Shown: positions 39,542 to 50,047, counted from the stretch's first letter. The stretch: DNA of 50,988 nucleotides from Muribaculaceae bacterium (GCA_029052265.1 JAIDJJ010000328.1:1-50988), one strand, 5' to 3'. The notes: generated by a model from the sequence alone, not told the origin. Numbers and translations are program-made.

Positions 39542-41683
39542 TTAAATGTGCAGATCAAGCACAATCTTGCCTCCCTGCTTTATTGGGGTGCCTCGCGGAA
39601 TGGATTGCGACACGACCCTGCCCGAACCGCGGATAATTACGTCAAGTCCGCGCTGCTCAAGCAACATCACTGCCGTGGGGGCATCATATCCGATAACGTT
39701 GGGAACTGTATTTGAATTGTGGTTTTCCGCAGCTGCTTTCACTTTTTTTGACCTCGTTATGCCGAGGGAAGGAAGCAACTCGGATGAGGTGTATTTCTCC
39801 GAGGCGGAAAAGATCGGGACATCCGACGCTTTTTCTCCTGTAAAAGACGACGTATTGTTAAGCATGCCTCTCGCAAACATCTTGACTGCCATATTTTTCA
39901 CCACCTGTCCTGAAGTGCGGTTAGCACTGGTGCCGGAAGGTCCAAGCACAAGTGCCATACACGAATAACGGGGATTGTCATATGGGAAAAAGCCGGCAAA
40001 TGCATAACGCCGCTTAGATTGGTTGTACACACCCTTTTCAACAGGATAGGCGGTTCCGGTCTTGCCTACTACTTCCACCCTGTCATCCCGAACCATTCTG
40101 GCGGTGCCATGCTCTCCCCATACCACTTCACGAAGACATATCTTGACCTTCTCCGCTGTCTCGCGGGAGCATATCTTGTCTCTGATATAGTCGATAGGAA
40201 GTATCGAGTCTCTGCCGTTTTCATCTATCAGCGACCTCACGAGATGCGGACGGACGTATCTCCCTCCGTTGGCTATGGCATTATAGACCGACAACGTGTA
40301 AAGAGGGGGGATCTCTGTATTATATCCGTAAGCCTGCCGGGCAAGGTCGAGATGACGCGCCGTCAGGGTGATATTGTTGCCACGGGAATCCTGAGGCAGC
40401 AGCTTCCTTATACGCGGCACACACTCACCGGCAATACCGCTGTGCATAGGCTCAAAAAAACCTATTGAACTGAGACGGTCATGGAAAAGTGAAGGATCGT
40501 TGGCATAACCTCTAAAAATCACACGTGCAATCCCGGTGTTTGACGACATTTCTATCACCTGTTTCATACTTTTAACCCCGGGCGCATGCGGATCGCTTGT
40601 CCGCTGGAAAGGACTGCAATCGATCATATCGTTCACATCCTTGACCAAGCCGTCTTCAAAAGCGATCATCATTGATATAGGCTTCATGACGGATCCCGGC
40701 TCAAACGGAAGCACAGCCCGGTTGAGCGCCTCGCCGTAGGTGCCGTTCTCAAGAAGCTCTATATTGGAGATCGCTTTTATTTCTCCTGTCTCCACTTCCA
40801 TCAGGATCGCTGTGCCCCATTCGGCTCCGGAATCCTGACAGATGTTGAGCAGCTCCTCCTCAAGCATATCTTGAAGATCAATGTCGATGGTGGTCAGGAT
40901 ATCAAATCCCCTCACCGGAGGCTCAGTCACCCAGTTGCCGATACTTGAAGTAAGGGCGACTTTCTTGGCTATGCCCGGTTTGCCGTAAAGCATGGAGTCC
41001 AGGTCTTTCTCAAGACCTGAATAGCCATGAAACTCTCCTGTATTGAAATTTTCATTCACTCTGCCTATACTCCTGTAAGCCATTCTGCCATACGGATAGA
41101 TCCTGACATTCTTTTCCTCTTTATAGATGGGAATGCGGAATCCCCTTCCCTTGAAATCTTTCAGAAAGGGGAAATTCCGGATGCGCTCGAAATCTTCCAG
41201 GGTTTTCTTCTGCGCGATACGCAACGCCCTGGTCCGTTTATTAGGATCCTTGTCAAGTTCTTTTTTCAGACGCCTGTGCCAAGTGTATTTCTTGAATGTG
41301 TCAGGATGCTGTGTCAGGTTTCTCACTCTTGGATAATGATAGTCGAGAGAATCTGCGAGGCTGTCGATTTTTGCCCATATTATATCCTTGGGGATTTTAT
41401 TATGACGCAGGTCAAGTTTTATGTCATATACCTTAAGATTGCAGGCGAGGATATTACCGTTCGATGCAAGTATGTTGCCCCTTTCAGGGGGGATCACCGT
41501 AGTCTTCGAAAGTTCTTTCCGGGCGCGCTCATTCCATTGCGGCGCCTCTATAACAGTAGTATCAAACAGCTTTACCACCACTGCAATAGAAAAAATCATG
41601 AAGGCAACAGTGATAAGACCATATCTGAAAAGAATATGGTTCTTATTGGTCTGGCCCTTGCGTTTTTTAGTTTTAGCGGTCAT
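39542..41683 (-). CDS. ftsI: Class B penicillin-binding protein (FtsI) with C-terminal PASTA domain
   Basis: SxxK (SVMK), SxN (SSN) and KTG motifs; VPNVIG PASTA-like region. Confidence 0.93.
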   Translation of the reverse strand: MTAKTKKRKGQTNKNHILFRYGLITVAFMIFSIAVVVKLFDTTVIEAPQWNERARKELSKTTVIPPERGNILASNGNILACNLKVYDIKLDLRHNKIPKDIIWAKIDSLADSLDYHYPRVRNLTQHPDTFKKYTWHRRLKKELDKDPNKRTRALRIAQKKTLEDFERIRNFPFLKDFKGRGFRIPIYKEEKNVRIYPYGRMAYRSIGRVNENFNTGEFHGYSGLEKDLDSMLYGKPGIAKKVALTSSIGNWVTEPPVRGFDILTTIDIDLQDMLEEELLNICQDSGAEWGTAILMEVETGEIKAISNIELLENGTYGEALNRAVLPFEPGSVMKPISMMIAFEDGLVKDVNDMIDCSPFQRTSDPHAPGVKSMKQVIEMSSNTGIARVIFRGYANDPSLFHDRLSSIGFFEPMHSGIAGECVPRIRKLLPQDSRGNNITLTARHLDLARQAYGYNTEIPPLYTLSVYNAIANGGRYVRPHLVRSLIDENGRDSILPIDYIRDKICSRETAEKVKICLREVVWGEHGTARMVRDDRVEVVGKTGTAYPVEKGVYNQSKRRYAFAGFFPYDNPRYSCMALVLGPSGTSANRTSGQVVKNMAVKMFARGMLNNTSSFTGEKASDVPIFSASEKYTSSELLPSLGITRSKKVKAAAENHNSNTVPNVIGYDAPTAVMLLEQRGLDVIIRGSGRVVSQSIPRGTPIKQGGKIVLDLHI

Positions 41684-41701
41684 GTGCGGCGTTGATGTTT
41701 G

Positions 41702-42079
41702 TCAGTCGTTGATTAATTCCAGCTGATAGGGTGGAAATTCCTGAAATTCCAATCCGAGACCTTTTTCTTCCACCATTCTTTTCATCTCGGTTTCGCGTAT
41801 TAGCGACATATATGCCGCTTTCTCCTGCAGCTTGGAGCTCTCAGCCCTCTGCAGTTCCACCCTCAGGCGCTTGATCTCCTCCATCTTTGTCTTGGTCTTG
41901 TAGCGTAACCCCATCAATGATAGGAGAGCCACTACAAATACCATCAGGAGCCAAGCGTTGCGCTTGAAAAATTCCACGGATAGCGAACGTCCGTAGCGCA
42001 CGTCTTCCATCCATGTCGGAGCGGGACGCTTAAGGTTGGGTTTCTTTTGGTTATCTATATGTATATCTGTTTCTGCCAT
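41702..42079 (-). CDS. ftsL: FtsL-like cell division protein
   Basis: Single transmembrane helix plus coiled coil, located between rsmH and ftsI. Confidence 0.8.
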   Translation of the reverse strand: MAETDIHIDNQKKPNLKRPAPTWMEDVRYGRSLSVEFFKRNAWLLMVFVVALLSLMGLRYKTKTKMEEIKRLRVELQRAESSKLQEKAAYMSLIRETEMKRMVEEKGLGLEFQEFPPYQLELIND

Positions 42080-42129
42080 TATAAGAGAGAGTTGAAGAGT
42101 AGAGTTATACAGTTATCATTTTTACCGGG

Positions 42130-43053
42130 TTATTCATCGACATCTCCTATAAACTCCGCCACACGCAGCTTGGCGCTTCTCGACCGGGGGTTTGACTCAA
42201 CTTCCGACGGAGAGGGCTCCACGGGTTTGCGGGTGATAAGTTTCCAGGGAGAGCTCACTCGTCCGAAGAAATCCTTGTCTTCCACTCCGTCTACATTTCC
42301 GGTCTTCATGAAGTTCTTTACCATTCGGTCTTCTATGGAATGGTAAGTGAGGATTGCCAGTCTGCCTCCCTTGCGCAAAACTTCCGGCACTGCCATAAGA
42401 AACCTCCTGAGGTCGCCCATTTCATCATTGGTCTCTATGCGCAACGCCTGAAACACCTGGGCAAGCTCTTTTTTTTCCTGTCGCACATCTATTGAGCCAC
42501 GTACCGCGGAAGTAAGCTGGAATGTGGTCTCTATTGGTGAAAGGGAACGTGCCTTTATGATCGATTTCGCCACTTTTCCAGGACATTTCAGATCTGCATA
42601 GGAATTAAAGATCCTTCTCAGCTCTGATTCATCGGAGTCTGCCAGTATATCGGCGGCGGTACGCACGGCATTCCGGTTCATTCTCATGTCGAGCGGCGCG
42701 TCCGTACGGAAAGAGAATCCTCTTTCTCCGGAATCAAAATGATGGAAACTGACCCCGAGGTCGGCAAGCACACCGTCGATCTTTCCGGCATGATAGTAGC
42801 GCATGAAGTTTTCGATAAACCGGAAGTTGGAATGCACAAATGTAAACCTGGAATCATCTATGCGGTTGGCATAGGCGTCCATATCCCGATCGAAAGAAAA
42901 GAGCCGTCCACTTTCATCCAGCGCGTCTAAAATGGCACGCGAATGACCGCCGCCACCGAATGTGGCGTCTAAATATGTGCCGTCCTGTTTGATATCCAAC
43001 AGATTAATAGTTTCGTTGAGTAGCGCAGGAATATGATAAGAGGTGTCAGACAT
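42130..43053 (-). CDS. rsmH: 16S rRNA m4C1402 methyltransferase
   Basis: DATFGGGGHS, DLGVS, PLDMRM, NPRSRSAKLR. Confidence 0.97.
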   Translation of the reverse strand: MSDTSYHIPALLNETINLLDIKQDGTYLDATFGGGGHSRAILDALDESGRLFSFDRDMDAYANRIDDSRFTFVHSNFRFIENFMRYYHAGKIDGVLADLGVSFHHFDSGERGFSFRTDAPLDMRMNRNAVRTAADILADSDESELRRIFNSYADLKCPGKVAKSIIKARSLSPIETTFQLTSAVRGSIDVRQEKKELAQVFQALRIETNDEMGDLRRFLMAVPEVLRKGGRLAILTYHSIEDRMVKNFMKTGNVDGVEDKDFFGRVSSPWKLITRKPVEPSPSEVESNPRSRSAKLRVAEFIGDVDE

Positions 43054-43085
43054 TTCAATAAACTCCAGTATTTTATTTCAAAATG

Positions 43086-43118
43086 TAAAGTTAGTTAAAA
43101 TTGTATACAATTTGCAAA
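43086..43118 (-). promoter_or_regulatory. Probable dcw promoter with an internal 16-bp palindrome
   Basis: TTTG (43118-43115), 21-nt spacer, TAACTTTA (43093-43086). The spacer holds AAATTGTATACAATTT (43098-43113). Confidence 0.65.
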
Positions 43119-43273
43119 TCTGAAACATTAAAAATTTCACTTTCGTCTTAAAACTTATCTACATTTTATCGACAATGTCTAAAAAAACGGCATCTCGGCG
43201 GAACCTGACCCCACTGACCGGAATACTGAAACTCGCTACGATAAGGCAGACATTGGTCAGGACACACACCACA

Positions 43274-43305
43274 AGAGCCTGTGTACATCTTACGACACAG
43301 GCTCT
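43274..43305. terminator. Hairpin downstream of the LEA-like gene
   Basis: 11-bp stem AGAGCCTGTGT/ACACAGGCTCT; weak U-tract. Confidence 0.55.
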
Positions 43306-43352
43306 AATTTGTTATCTCTGTCCGGAAGTTTCCCATCCGACCGGACTTCACA

Positions 43353-43859
43353 TCAATCAATCTTATCTGCAAGGTCCGAGAGTTTTCCCGCCCCTTCATG
43401 TAGCAGGTCGGCGGCTTTACCTTTCAGCTTGTCGAACACTCCCGACGCTTTTTCTTTTATCGCTTTACCTGTCTCTTGCGCCTGGTCCTTTAAGGCGGCG
43501 GCTTTTTCAGCCACATTATCCTGCAGCTGCTCTCCTTGCTCCTGCAGTTTTGCCGCCTGCCGGGAAGCTGCATCTTTCAGCTCCGCAGCCTTGACTGCCG
43601 CCGCGTCTTTCAGGTCTTCAACCTTCTGACCTGCCGCATCTTTCAAATCTGCAATTTTATCTGCAGCCGCCGATTGGGCTTGCGCGATCTTCTCTCCGGC
43701 ACTTTCCTTAAGTCCCGCCATCTGGGAACGCGCATCTTCCTTTACAGATTCCGACTGTTGTTTAAGATCCTTCACCGCGTCGCCACATGCTTCTTCTGCC
43801 GACGCCATACTCGATTTTGCTGCATCAATAGCCTGCTCTTTATAATTTACTGTTTCCAT
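43353..43859 (-). CDS. Ala/Lys-rich 11-mer repeat protein (LEA/YtxH-like stress protein)
   Basis: KIADLKDAAGQ/KVEDLKDAAAV/KAAELKDAASR repeats. ATG at 43859 in A-rich context preferred over 43904. Confidence 0.75.
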   Translation of the reverse strand: METVNYKEQAIDAAKSSMASAEEACGDAVKDLKQQSESVKEDARSQMAGLKESAGEKIAQAQSAAADKIADLKDAAGQKVEDLKDAAAVKAAELKDAASRQAAKLQEQGEQLQDNVAEKAAALKDQAQETGKAIKEKASGVFDKLKGKAADLLHEGAGKLSDLADKID

Positions 43860-44091
43860 AATGATTATCACATTTAATATAATGATTCTTCTGATTTTCG
43901 ACAAAATATAAACGCAACACCCTTTTCAGGGTTTAGACTCCTTCCCACAAAAAATGTTAAGAGTATGTTTTAATGCAGCATTATTTATCAGTTCAAATCC
44001 TCGCCGGCAAAATGATACGCGCCCGTAAGATATGACAATCATACGGGCACGTATATACCTTATTTCCACCGGTGTTTTATCTGCCTTATCT

Positions 44092-46725
44092 TCATTGTTT
44101 GCCGGTAAGCAATCCCTGAAGATCATTAAGCATGTTGAGTGCCTGGATAGGGGTGAGGTTGTTCACATTCACGTCAAGCAACGTATCGCGTATCTGTGAA
44201 AGAAGTGGATCTTCAAGCTGAAAGAAACTCATCTGGTAACCTTCGCTCCGGGGCGCAAGATCTGCCACGGCTCCCTTACCGACACCGCCTCCCTTGTTGC
44301 TGTCGACACCTTTAGACGCCTCCTCCAACTTCTCAAGCACTTGATTTGCCCTTTTTATGATCGACGGGGGCATCCCCGCAAGCTTTGCCACGTGTATGCC
44401 GAAGCTATGCTCCGAACCACCTTTCTCCAACTTGCGCAAAAACACCACCTTACCCCCTATCTCTTTCACGGAGACATTAAAATTGGCTATCCTGCCAAAA
44501 TTTTTCTCCATTTCGTTAAGCTCATGGTAATGTGTGGCAAAAAGAGTCTTGGGACGGCATTTACCGTTCTCATGGATATGCTCCACTATAGACCATGCTA
44601 TGGAAATGCCGTCGTAGGTGGAAGTGCCCCTGCCAAGCTCATCAAACAGTATCAGCGACCTTTCGCTCATGTTGTTGAGAATTGCCGCAGCCTCGTTCAT
44701 CTCCACCATGAATGTGGACTCTCCCGAAGATATATTGTCGCTTGCACCGACACGGGTGAAAATCTTGTCTACGATTCCGATACGCGCCCCTGCCGCAGGC
44801 ACAAAAGATCCGATCTGGGCGAGCAGGACTATCAGGGCTGTCTGTCTTAACAACGCTGACTTACCGCTCATGTTTGGACCCGTTATCATCATTATCTGGC
44901 AAACGTCGGGATCAAGTGAGACCGAGTTCGAGACGTAGCTCTCTCCGGGAGCCATCGTCCTCTCTATTACCGGATGGCGCCCCTCTGTTATGGATAGCAC
45001 TCCGGTTGTCTCCATCTGCGGCATCACATAGTTATATTCTGCCGCCACCTCCGCAAACGACAGCAGACAGTCGGCGGCTGCCACGGCTCCGGCATTCGCG
45101 TGAAGATCTGAGAACCGCGTGTTGATACGTTCCAACAGAGCCTTATATATGCGGTCTTCAATGGCGGCTATCCTCTCTTCCGCCCCCATGATTTTTTCCT
45201 CATACTCTTTCAGCTCCGGAGTGATGTAGCGTTCGGCGCTGACAAGGGTCTGCTTTCGTATCCAATGTTCCGGCACCTTATCCTTATGGGTGTTGCGCAC
45301 CTCAAGATAATATCCGAAAACATTGTTGAAGTGTATCTTGAGAGAAGTGATGCCGGTGTTCTCTATCTCCCTGGTCTGTATTGCCAGCAACGCATCGTGA
45401 CTGTTGGCGCGCAGCTCCCTCAGCTCATCCAGTTCCCGGTCTACACCTCCGGCTATCACCGGCGATTTCCCGAAACCGTTGGGCGCATCCGGACATATTG
45501 TCGACATGATCCATTCCGCAATATCGCTTATATCGCTCATCCCGGCAGACAATGCCTTCAACGGTTCTTTTTCCGAGGCTTTTAAGACCCGGCACAGGTC
45601 GGAGGCTCCCCTCACACCGTCGGCAAGCTGAAGCATTTCCCTGGGAGAAATCTTTCCGGATGCCACACGCCCGCCGAGACGTTCTATGTCACCCGTACGC
45701 CTTACGGCATCTCTTGCCACACCGCGCAAGTCGCTGTCTTGAAAAAACACGTCGACAGCATCCTGTCGCGATTTCAGCGACTTCAGGTCAAGAAGGGGGA
45801 GAAGCACCCATCGGCGCAACAGACGCGCCCCCATCGGGCACACCGTCTTGTCGATGACCTGCAACAGACTTTTGCCTTCCGGGCTCATGGTGTCGACAAG
45901 CTCAAGGTTGCGTATCGTGAACCTGTCAAGATGCATATAACAGCGGTTGTCTATACGGCTAAGGGAGGTGATATGGGATATTCGGGTATGACTCGTTATG
46001 TCGAGATAATAAAGTATACTTCCCGCAGCTATTATTCCGGCAGGAAGGTCATCCACCCCAAAACCCTTCAATGTCGAGGTAGAGAACTGCTTTAGCAGCC
46101 TCTCTTCTGCCGCGTCTGACGTGTAGACCCAGTCATCCAGTTCAAACACACTGCATTTATGGGTGATATTGGCTGTACAAAATTCGCGCGTGCCGCGCAT
46201 GCGGAGCAATTCCTTGGGTGCCATGCTGCAGAGAAGTTTGTCCGCTTCCTCGGGGCTTGTTTCCGCACACAGAAATTCCCCTGTGGAAATATCGAGGAAT
46301 GCCACTCCCACACTTTTCTTGGCTATATGCAGCGCCGCAAGGAAATTGTTCTCCTTTGCCTGCAAAGCTCCCGCCGAAGTGTTGACTCCGGGTGTGACCA
46401 GCTCTGTGATTCCTCTCTTTACAAGCTTCTTTGTAAGCTTCGGGTCTTCCAGTTGCTCACAAATAGCCACACGACGACCCGCCCTGACAAGCTTCGGCAG
46501 ATATGAATCGAGTGCATGATGCGGGAATCCGGCAAGCTCTACCGACTGCGCCTTTCCATTGGCTCGCCGCGTGAGGGTGATTCCCAGAATCTCGCTCGAC
46601 GCGATGGCGTCTTCACAAAAGGTCTCATAAAAGTCGCCGACCCTGAAAAGAAGTATTGCATCAGGATGTTTCTTTTTCATCTCCAGATACTGGAGCATCA
46701 AGGGGGTTTCTGCTATCTTTGCCAT
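44092..46725 (-). CDS. mutS: DNA mismatch repair protein MutS
   Basis: FRVGDFYETF, TGPNMSGKS, DELGRGTS, FATHYHEL. Confidence 0.98.
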   Translation of the reverse strand: MAKIAETPLMLQYLEMKKKHPDAILLFRVGDFYETFCEDAIASSEILGITLTRRANGKAQSVELAGFPHHALDSYLPKLVRAGRRVAICEQLEDPKLTKKLVKRGITELVTPGVNTSAGALQAKENNFLAALHIAKKSVGVAFLDISTGEFLCAETSPEEADKLLCSMAPKELLRMRGTREFCTANITHKCSVFELDDWVYTSDAAEERLLKQFSTSTLKGFGVDDLPAGIIAAGSILYYLDITSHTRISHITSLSRIDNRCYMHLDRFTIRNLELVDTMSPEGKSLLQVIDKTVCPMGARLLRRWVLLPLLDLKSLKSRQDAVDVFFQDSDLRGVARDAVRRTGDIERLGGRVASGKISPREMLQLADGVRGASDLCRVLKASEKEPLKALSAGMSDISDIAEWIMSTICPDAPNGFGKSPVIAGGVDRELDELRELRANSHDALLAIQTREIENTGITSLKIHFNNVFGYYLEVRNTHKDKVPEHWIRKQTLVSAERYITPELKEYEEKIMGAEERIAAIEDRIYKALLERINTRFSDLHANAGAVAAADCLLSFAEVAAEYNYVMPQMETTGVLSITEGRHPVIERTMAPGESYVSNSVSLDPDVCQIMMITGPNMSGKSALLRQTALIVLLAQIGSFVPAAGARIGIVDKIFTRVGASDNISSGESTFMVEMNEAAAILNNMSERSLILFDELGRGTSTYDGISIAWSIVEHIHENGKCRPKTLFATHYHELNEMEKNFGRIANFNVSVKEIGGKVVFLRKLEKGGSEHSFGIHVAKLAGMPPSIIKRANQVLEKLEEASKGVDSNKGGGVGKGAVADLAPRSEGYQMSFFQLEDPLLSQIRDTLLDVNVNNLTPIQALNMLNDLQGLLTGKQ

Positions 46726-46752
46726 GATTTAATTTTGAAAGGGGAGGTGGGG

Positions 46753-48120
46753 TTATCCGAAAACTGAAAGCATCCAGGTAGACATGCCTACGTAAATAAG
46801 CAGACCGACCACGTCATTGGTGATCTGTATGAACGGTCCGGTGGCAAGGGCGGGATTGATTTTAAGCCGCTCAAGAGTAAGTGGCACCAGAGTGCCGAAC
46901 ACCGTCGCGAAAATCACAACGGCGAAGAGCGACGCCGCCACAGCAAACGAAACCGTATATTTCACTCCCGCCGGCTGCGTAAAGAATATATACAGGAACA
47001 CGACTCCGGAAATGACCACGGCGTTCATCATCGCCACAAGAAATTCCCTGCCGATCTGGGTGGTGGCGTTTTTAATGTCGAGCCTGCCGTTGGCAAGACC
47101 TTGCACCACAATAGCGGATGCCTGCACACCGACATTTCCGCCTGTGCCACCTATCAGCGGGATAAATATCGCAAGAGCCGTCACGGCTGCTATCTGCGCC
47201 TCGAACCCACCTAATATAAGGGAGTTGACAATCCCTCCGATTATCCCGATCAGAAGCCATGGTATACGCGCCTTCGTCTGTGCGAAGACAGAGTCGGAGG
47301 CATCCACGTCCGACGATATACCGGATGCGAGCTGATAGTCGCGTTCGCTCTGCTCACGAACCTCGTCCATGACGTCGTCCACCGTGATCTGACCCACAAG
47401 ACGCCCGATGCTGTCTACTACTGGCATCGCCACGAGGTCATATTTCTCAAAGTCGATCGCCACCTCATCTATCGGGGTGTCGGTACGCACCGATACCGGA
47501 AGCTCCTCCATCACATGCTTTATCTTGGAAACCGACGGATGGGTGATCATCTTTTTCAATGGGAGAACACCTCTGAGACGGTTGTCGTCGTCCACCACAT
47601 ATACGTAATAGATATCATCGAGGTCTTCCGCCTGACGCCGCATCTCCCGAAGACAATCCGGCATGGAAAGATTCTCGTTGACCACGATCATCTCCGTGCC
47701 CATAAGACCGCCGGCTGTGTCCTCGTCATATTGCAGAAGGTCTACGATATCTCCCGCCTGCTCCACATCGTCGATGTGCTGGATCACCTCATCACGGTCT
47801 TCTTCGTCAAGCTCCTGGATCAGGTCGACGGCATCGTCCGTGTCGAGAAGGTCGATAAAGTGTCCGATCTGCTCCGGGTCCATCCCCTCAAGCACTTTCT
47901 TTCGGTCATCCTCATCAAGCTCCATCAGCACGTCTGCCTTCTTCTCATTGTCTTCAATAAGATTGAAAAGCCATTCCGCCTGCCGCAGGTTTAGCGACTG
48001 GAAGAGCTCGGCGATGTCGGCGGCATGGAGTTCCTTCACCTCATTCTGTGCCGCATCCCTGTCTTGATTCTCTATGAGCTGTTCTATACGCTCTATATCG
48101 GTTTCGGTAAAATCCTTCAT
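46753..48120 (-). CDS. mgtE: Magnesium transporter MgtE
   Basis: Acidic N-domain, CBS pair, GGTGGNVG, PALATGPF...NDV. Confidence 0.95.
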   Translation of the reverse strand: MKDFTETDIERIEQLIENQDRDAAQNEVKELHAADIAELFQSLNLRQAEWLFNLIEDNEKKADVLMELDEDDRKKVLEGMDPEQIGHFIDLLDTDDAVDLIQELDEEDRDEVIQHIDDVEQAGDIVDLLQYDEDTAGGLMGTEMIVVNENLSMPDCLREMRRQAEDLDDIYYVYVVDDDNRLRGVLPLKKMITHPSVSKIKHVMEELPVSVRTDTPIDEVAIDFEKYDLVAMPVVDSIGRLVGQITVDDVMDEVREQSERDYQLASGISSDVDASDSVFAQTKARIPWLLIGIIGGIVNSLILGGFEAQIAAVTALAIFIPLIGGTGGNVGVQASAIVVQGLANGRLDIKNATTQIGREFLVAMMNAVVISGVVFLYIFFTQPAGVKYTVSFAVAASLFAVVIFATVFGTLVPLTLERLKINPALATGPFIQITNDVVGLLIYVGMSTWMLSVFG

Positions 48121-48317
48121 CCTGACTGATATTTATATGCGCAGGCGAATACCTGCTACAATTCCTCCCGCATATGCGGCTCCCCGGACTCCGACAGCCA
48201 CATTGAGGCGGACCCCGCATAAGCGTCGCCAAATCCGGAATTATGCAAAATTACAAAAAAAATTTCAAGACTCTTTTAATTCCTCTTAGATTCCGGCTCG
48301 CTTTGGCGCCATTAACA

Positions 48318-48357
48318 GGCGACAGCCGTGCCCGATGTGTCAGGCACGGCTGTCGCC
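48318..48357. terminator. Strong hairpin after the nucleoside kinase gene
   Basis: 15-bp perfect stem GGCGACAGCCGTGCC/GGCACGGCTGTCGCC with a 10-nt loop. Confidence 0.65.
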
Positions 48358-48376
48358 GGAAGGGGAGGGGCCCTTT

Positions 48377-50047
48377 TCAATAACGGAAAGAGGAGCCGCC
48401 GAGAAATTCCCGGAGCAGGGAAGTGGTCGGGATCTGATCTGCCGGGATCGGATCGAAATAGCTCAGCAGACGCAAAAGGCGGAATGCCTCGGCATATTCC
48501 GGCAAATCACGCGGCACATCCCTCAGTACGGGCTCGGCATAGGGTTTCATCACTCCAAGCTCGAATATCAATGAGGAATTGAAGGTGGCGTCGGCATTTT
48601 CACTGAAAGGGAAAATCCATTTCTCTTCACCCCTTCTGACGCTTGGCCAACGCCTGATTGTGTCAAGCGCCGAGGTATGGCGGTACTTGTTGTCGCGCAC
48701 GATACGGCGGAGCAGACGGTTGTCGGATGTAGATATCCAGTTATGATTGTCGATCTTGAGCGTCGTGAGGGCTGACACATATATCTTGTAGACCTCGTCA
48801 GGGTTGATCGACCGCGTCAGCTCCGGATTCAGACCATGGATACCCTCTATCAGCAGGACATCGTTTTTATCAAGACGCAATGGTCTTGCACGCTCGATGC
48901 GTTTCCCTGTCTCGAACGAATAGGTAGGGAGATTGATCTCTTCCCCGTTGAGCAGACGCGAAAGGTCGGAGTTGAGCCGGTCAAGATCCAACGCATACAG
49001 GCTTTCATAATCATAATCTCCGGTTTCGTCGCGGGGTGTGACCGCACGGTCTACAAAATAGTCATCAAGTGAAATCATCTTGGGCACTATCAGATTCGTC
49101 ATCAGCTGTATCGCAAGCCGTTTGGTGGAGGTGGTCTTCCCCGATGACGACGGACCGGCTATCAGCACTATCCCTGCGCCACCCTCTTTGCGCCTGTGGG
49201 CTATGTCGTCGCTTATGCGCCCGAGAAGCTTGTCGTGCATTGCCTCCGCCACGTTGATCAGCTCAGCTGTCCTTCTCGACTTTACTGCCACATTAAGCTC
49301 ACCTACATTCTTGACCTGGATGACCTTGTTGAACATAAGCTGGTCGGTGAATGCCTTATACATCTTTTCCTGAGGGGGATTCTGTTCCAGTATCTTGTCT
49401 GTCTCTTCTTTTGAATAGGCAAACAACAGGAAGCCGTCTTTGTATCGGCGCAAATCAAAATCGCGGATAAAACCTGTGGTGGGTGCGAGCGGTCCGTAGT
49501 AACTGTCGGCGAGATTCCCGAGCCGGTAATAGGTCGTATAAAGCTCATGAAGGGTCTCAAGCAGGGTCACTTTGGCAGAGAGACCCTGCTTACGGAAAAT
49601 TTCGATTGTATCTTTGGTCAGTCTTTCCTTTCTCCGGAAGGGGATGTCGGAATGCATCAGGCTGTCAAGATGGCTCAGCAGACAATCCACTGTTTCCTGA
49701 GTGATCTTGACCACATTCTCGCCGTCAAGCAGACGGCAATAGTTTCCGTTGGAGATCGAGTGCTCTATCCGGAGTGTGACACCCGGCATAACCTCCTCCA
49801 CCGCCTTATAAAGCATCATGCACAGCGAGCGCACATACACACGCTTGCCGTTAGGATTGTCTTTCCCTACAAATTCAACCTGCTTGGGGGAATAAAGCGG
49901 GAAACAAAGGTCTTCAACCTTGTTGTTGACAAGGGCACATATTGGTTCGAAACCGAGATTTTTTCCGAGACGCGGAAGCATGTCAATCACTTTTTCTCCT
50001 CCCAGGACGTCTACGTATGCGGATGTGTTCTTACAATAGATTTTCAT
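48377..50047 (-). CDS. Nucleoside (uridine/phosphoribulo-) kinase family protein with ThrRS-like N-terminal domain
   Basis: IAGPSSSGKTT, ISLDDYF, IEGIHGLN, SLLREFLGGS. Confidence 0.88.
   Translation of the reverse strand: MKIYCKNTSAYVDVLGGEKVIDMLPRLGKNLGFEPICALVNNKVEDLCFPLYSPKQVEFVGKDNPNGKRVYVRSLCMMLYKAVEEVMPGVTLRIEHSISNGNYCRLLDGENVVKITQETVDCLLSHLDSLMHSDIPFRRKERLTKDTIEIFRKQGLSAKVTLLETLHELYTTYYRLGNLADSYYGPLAPTTGFIRDFDLRRYKDGFLLFAYSKEETDKILEQNPPQEKMYKAFTDQLMFNKVIQVKNVGELNVAVKSRRTAELINVAEAMHDKLLGRISDDIAHRRKEGGAGIVLIAGPSSSGKTTSTKRLAIQLMTNLIVPKMISLDDYFVDRAVTPRDETGDYDYESLYALDLDRLNSDLSRLLNGEEINLPTYSFETGKRIERARPLRLDKNDVLLIEGIHGLNPELTRSINPDEVYKIYVSALTTLKIDNHNWISTSDNRLLRRIVRDNKYRHTSALDTIRRWPSVRRGEEKWIFPFSENADATFNSSLIFELGVMKPYAEPVLRDVPRDLPEYAEAFRLLRLLSYFDPIPADQIPTTSLLREFLGGSSFRY

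Noticed and set aside
43175-43594. 139-aa plus-strand ORF
   Set aside because: Spans the intergenic hairpins and the antisense strand of the LEA-like gene; no family features.
48041-48232. 63-aa minus-strand ORF as an MgtL-like leader peptide
   Set aside because: TTG start, out-of-frame overlap with mgtE and only modest Pro content; not supportable as a gene.
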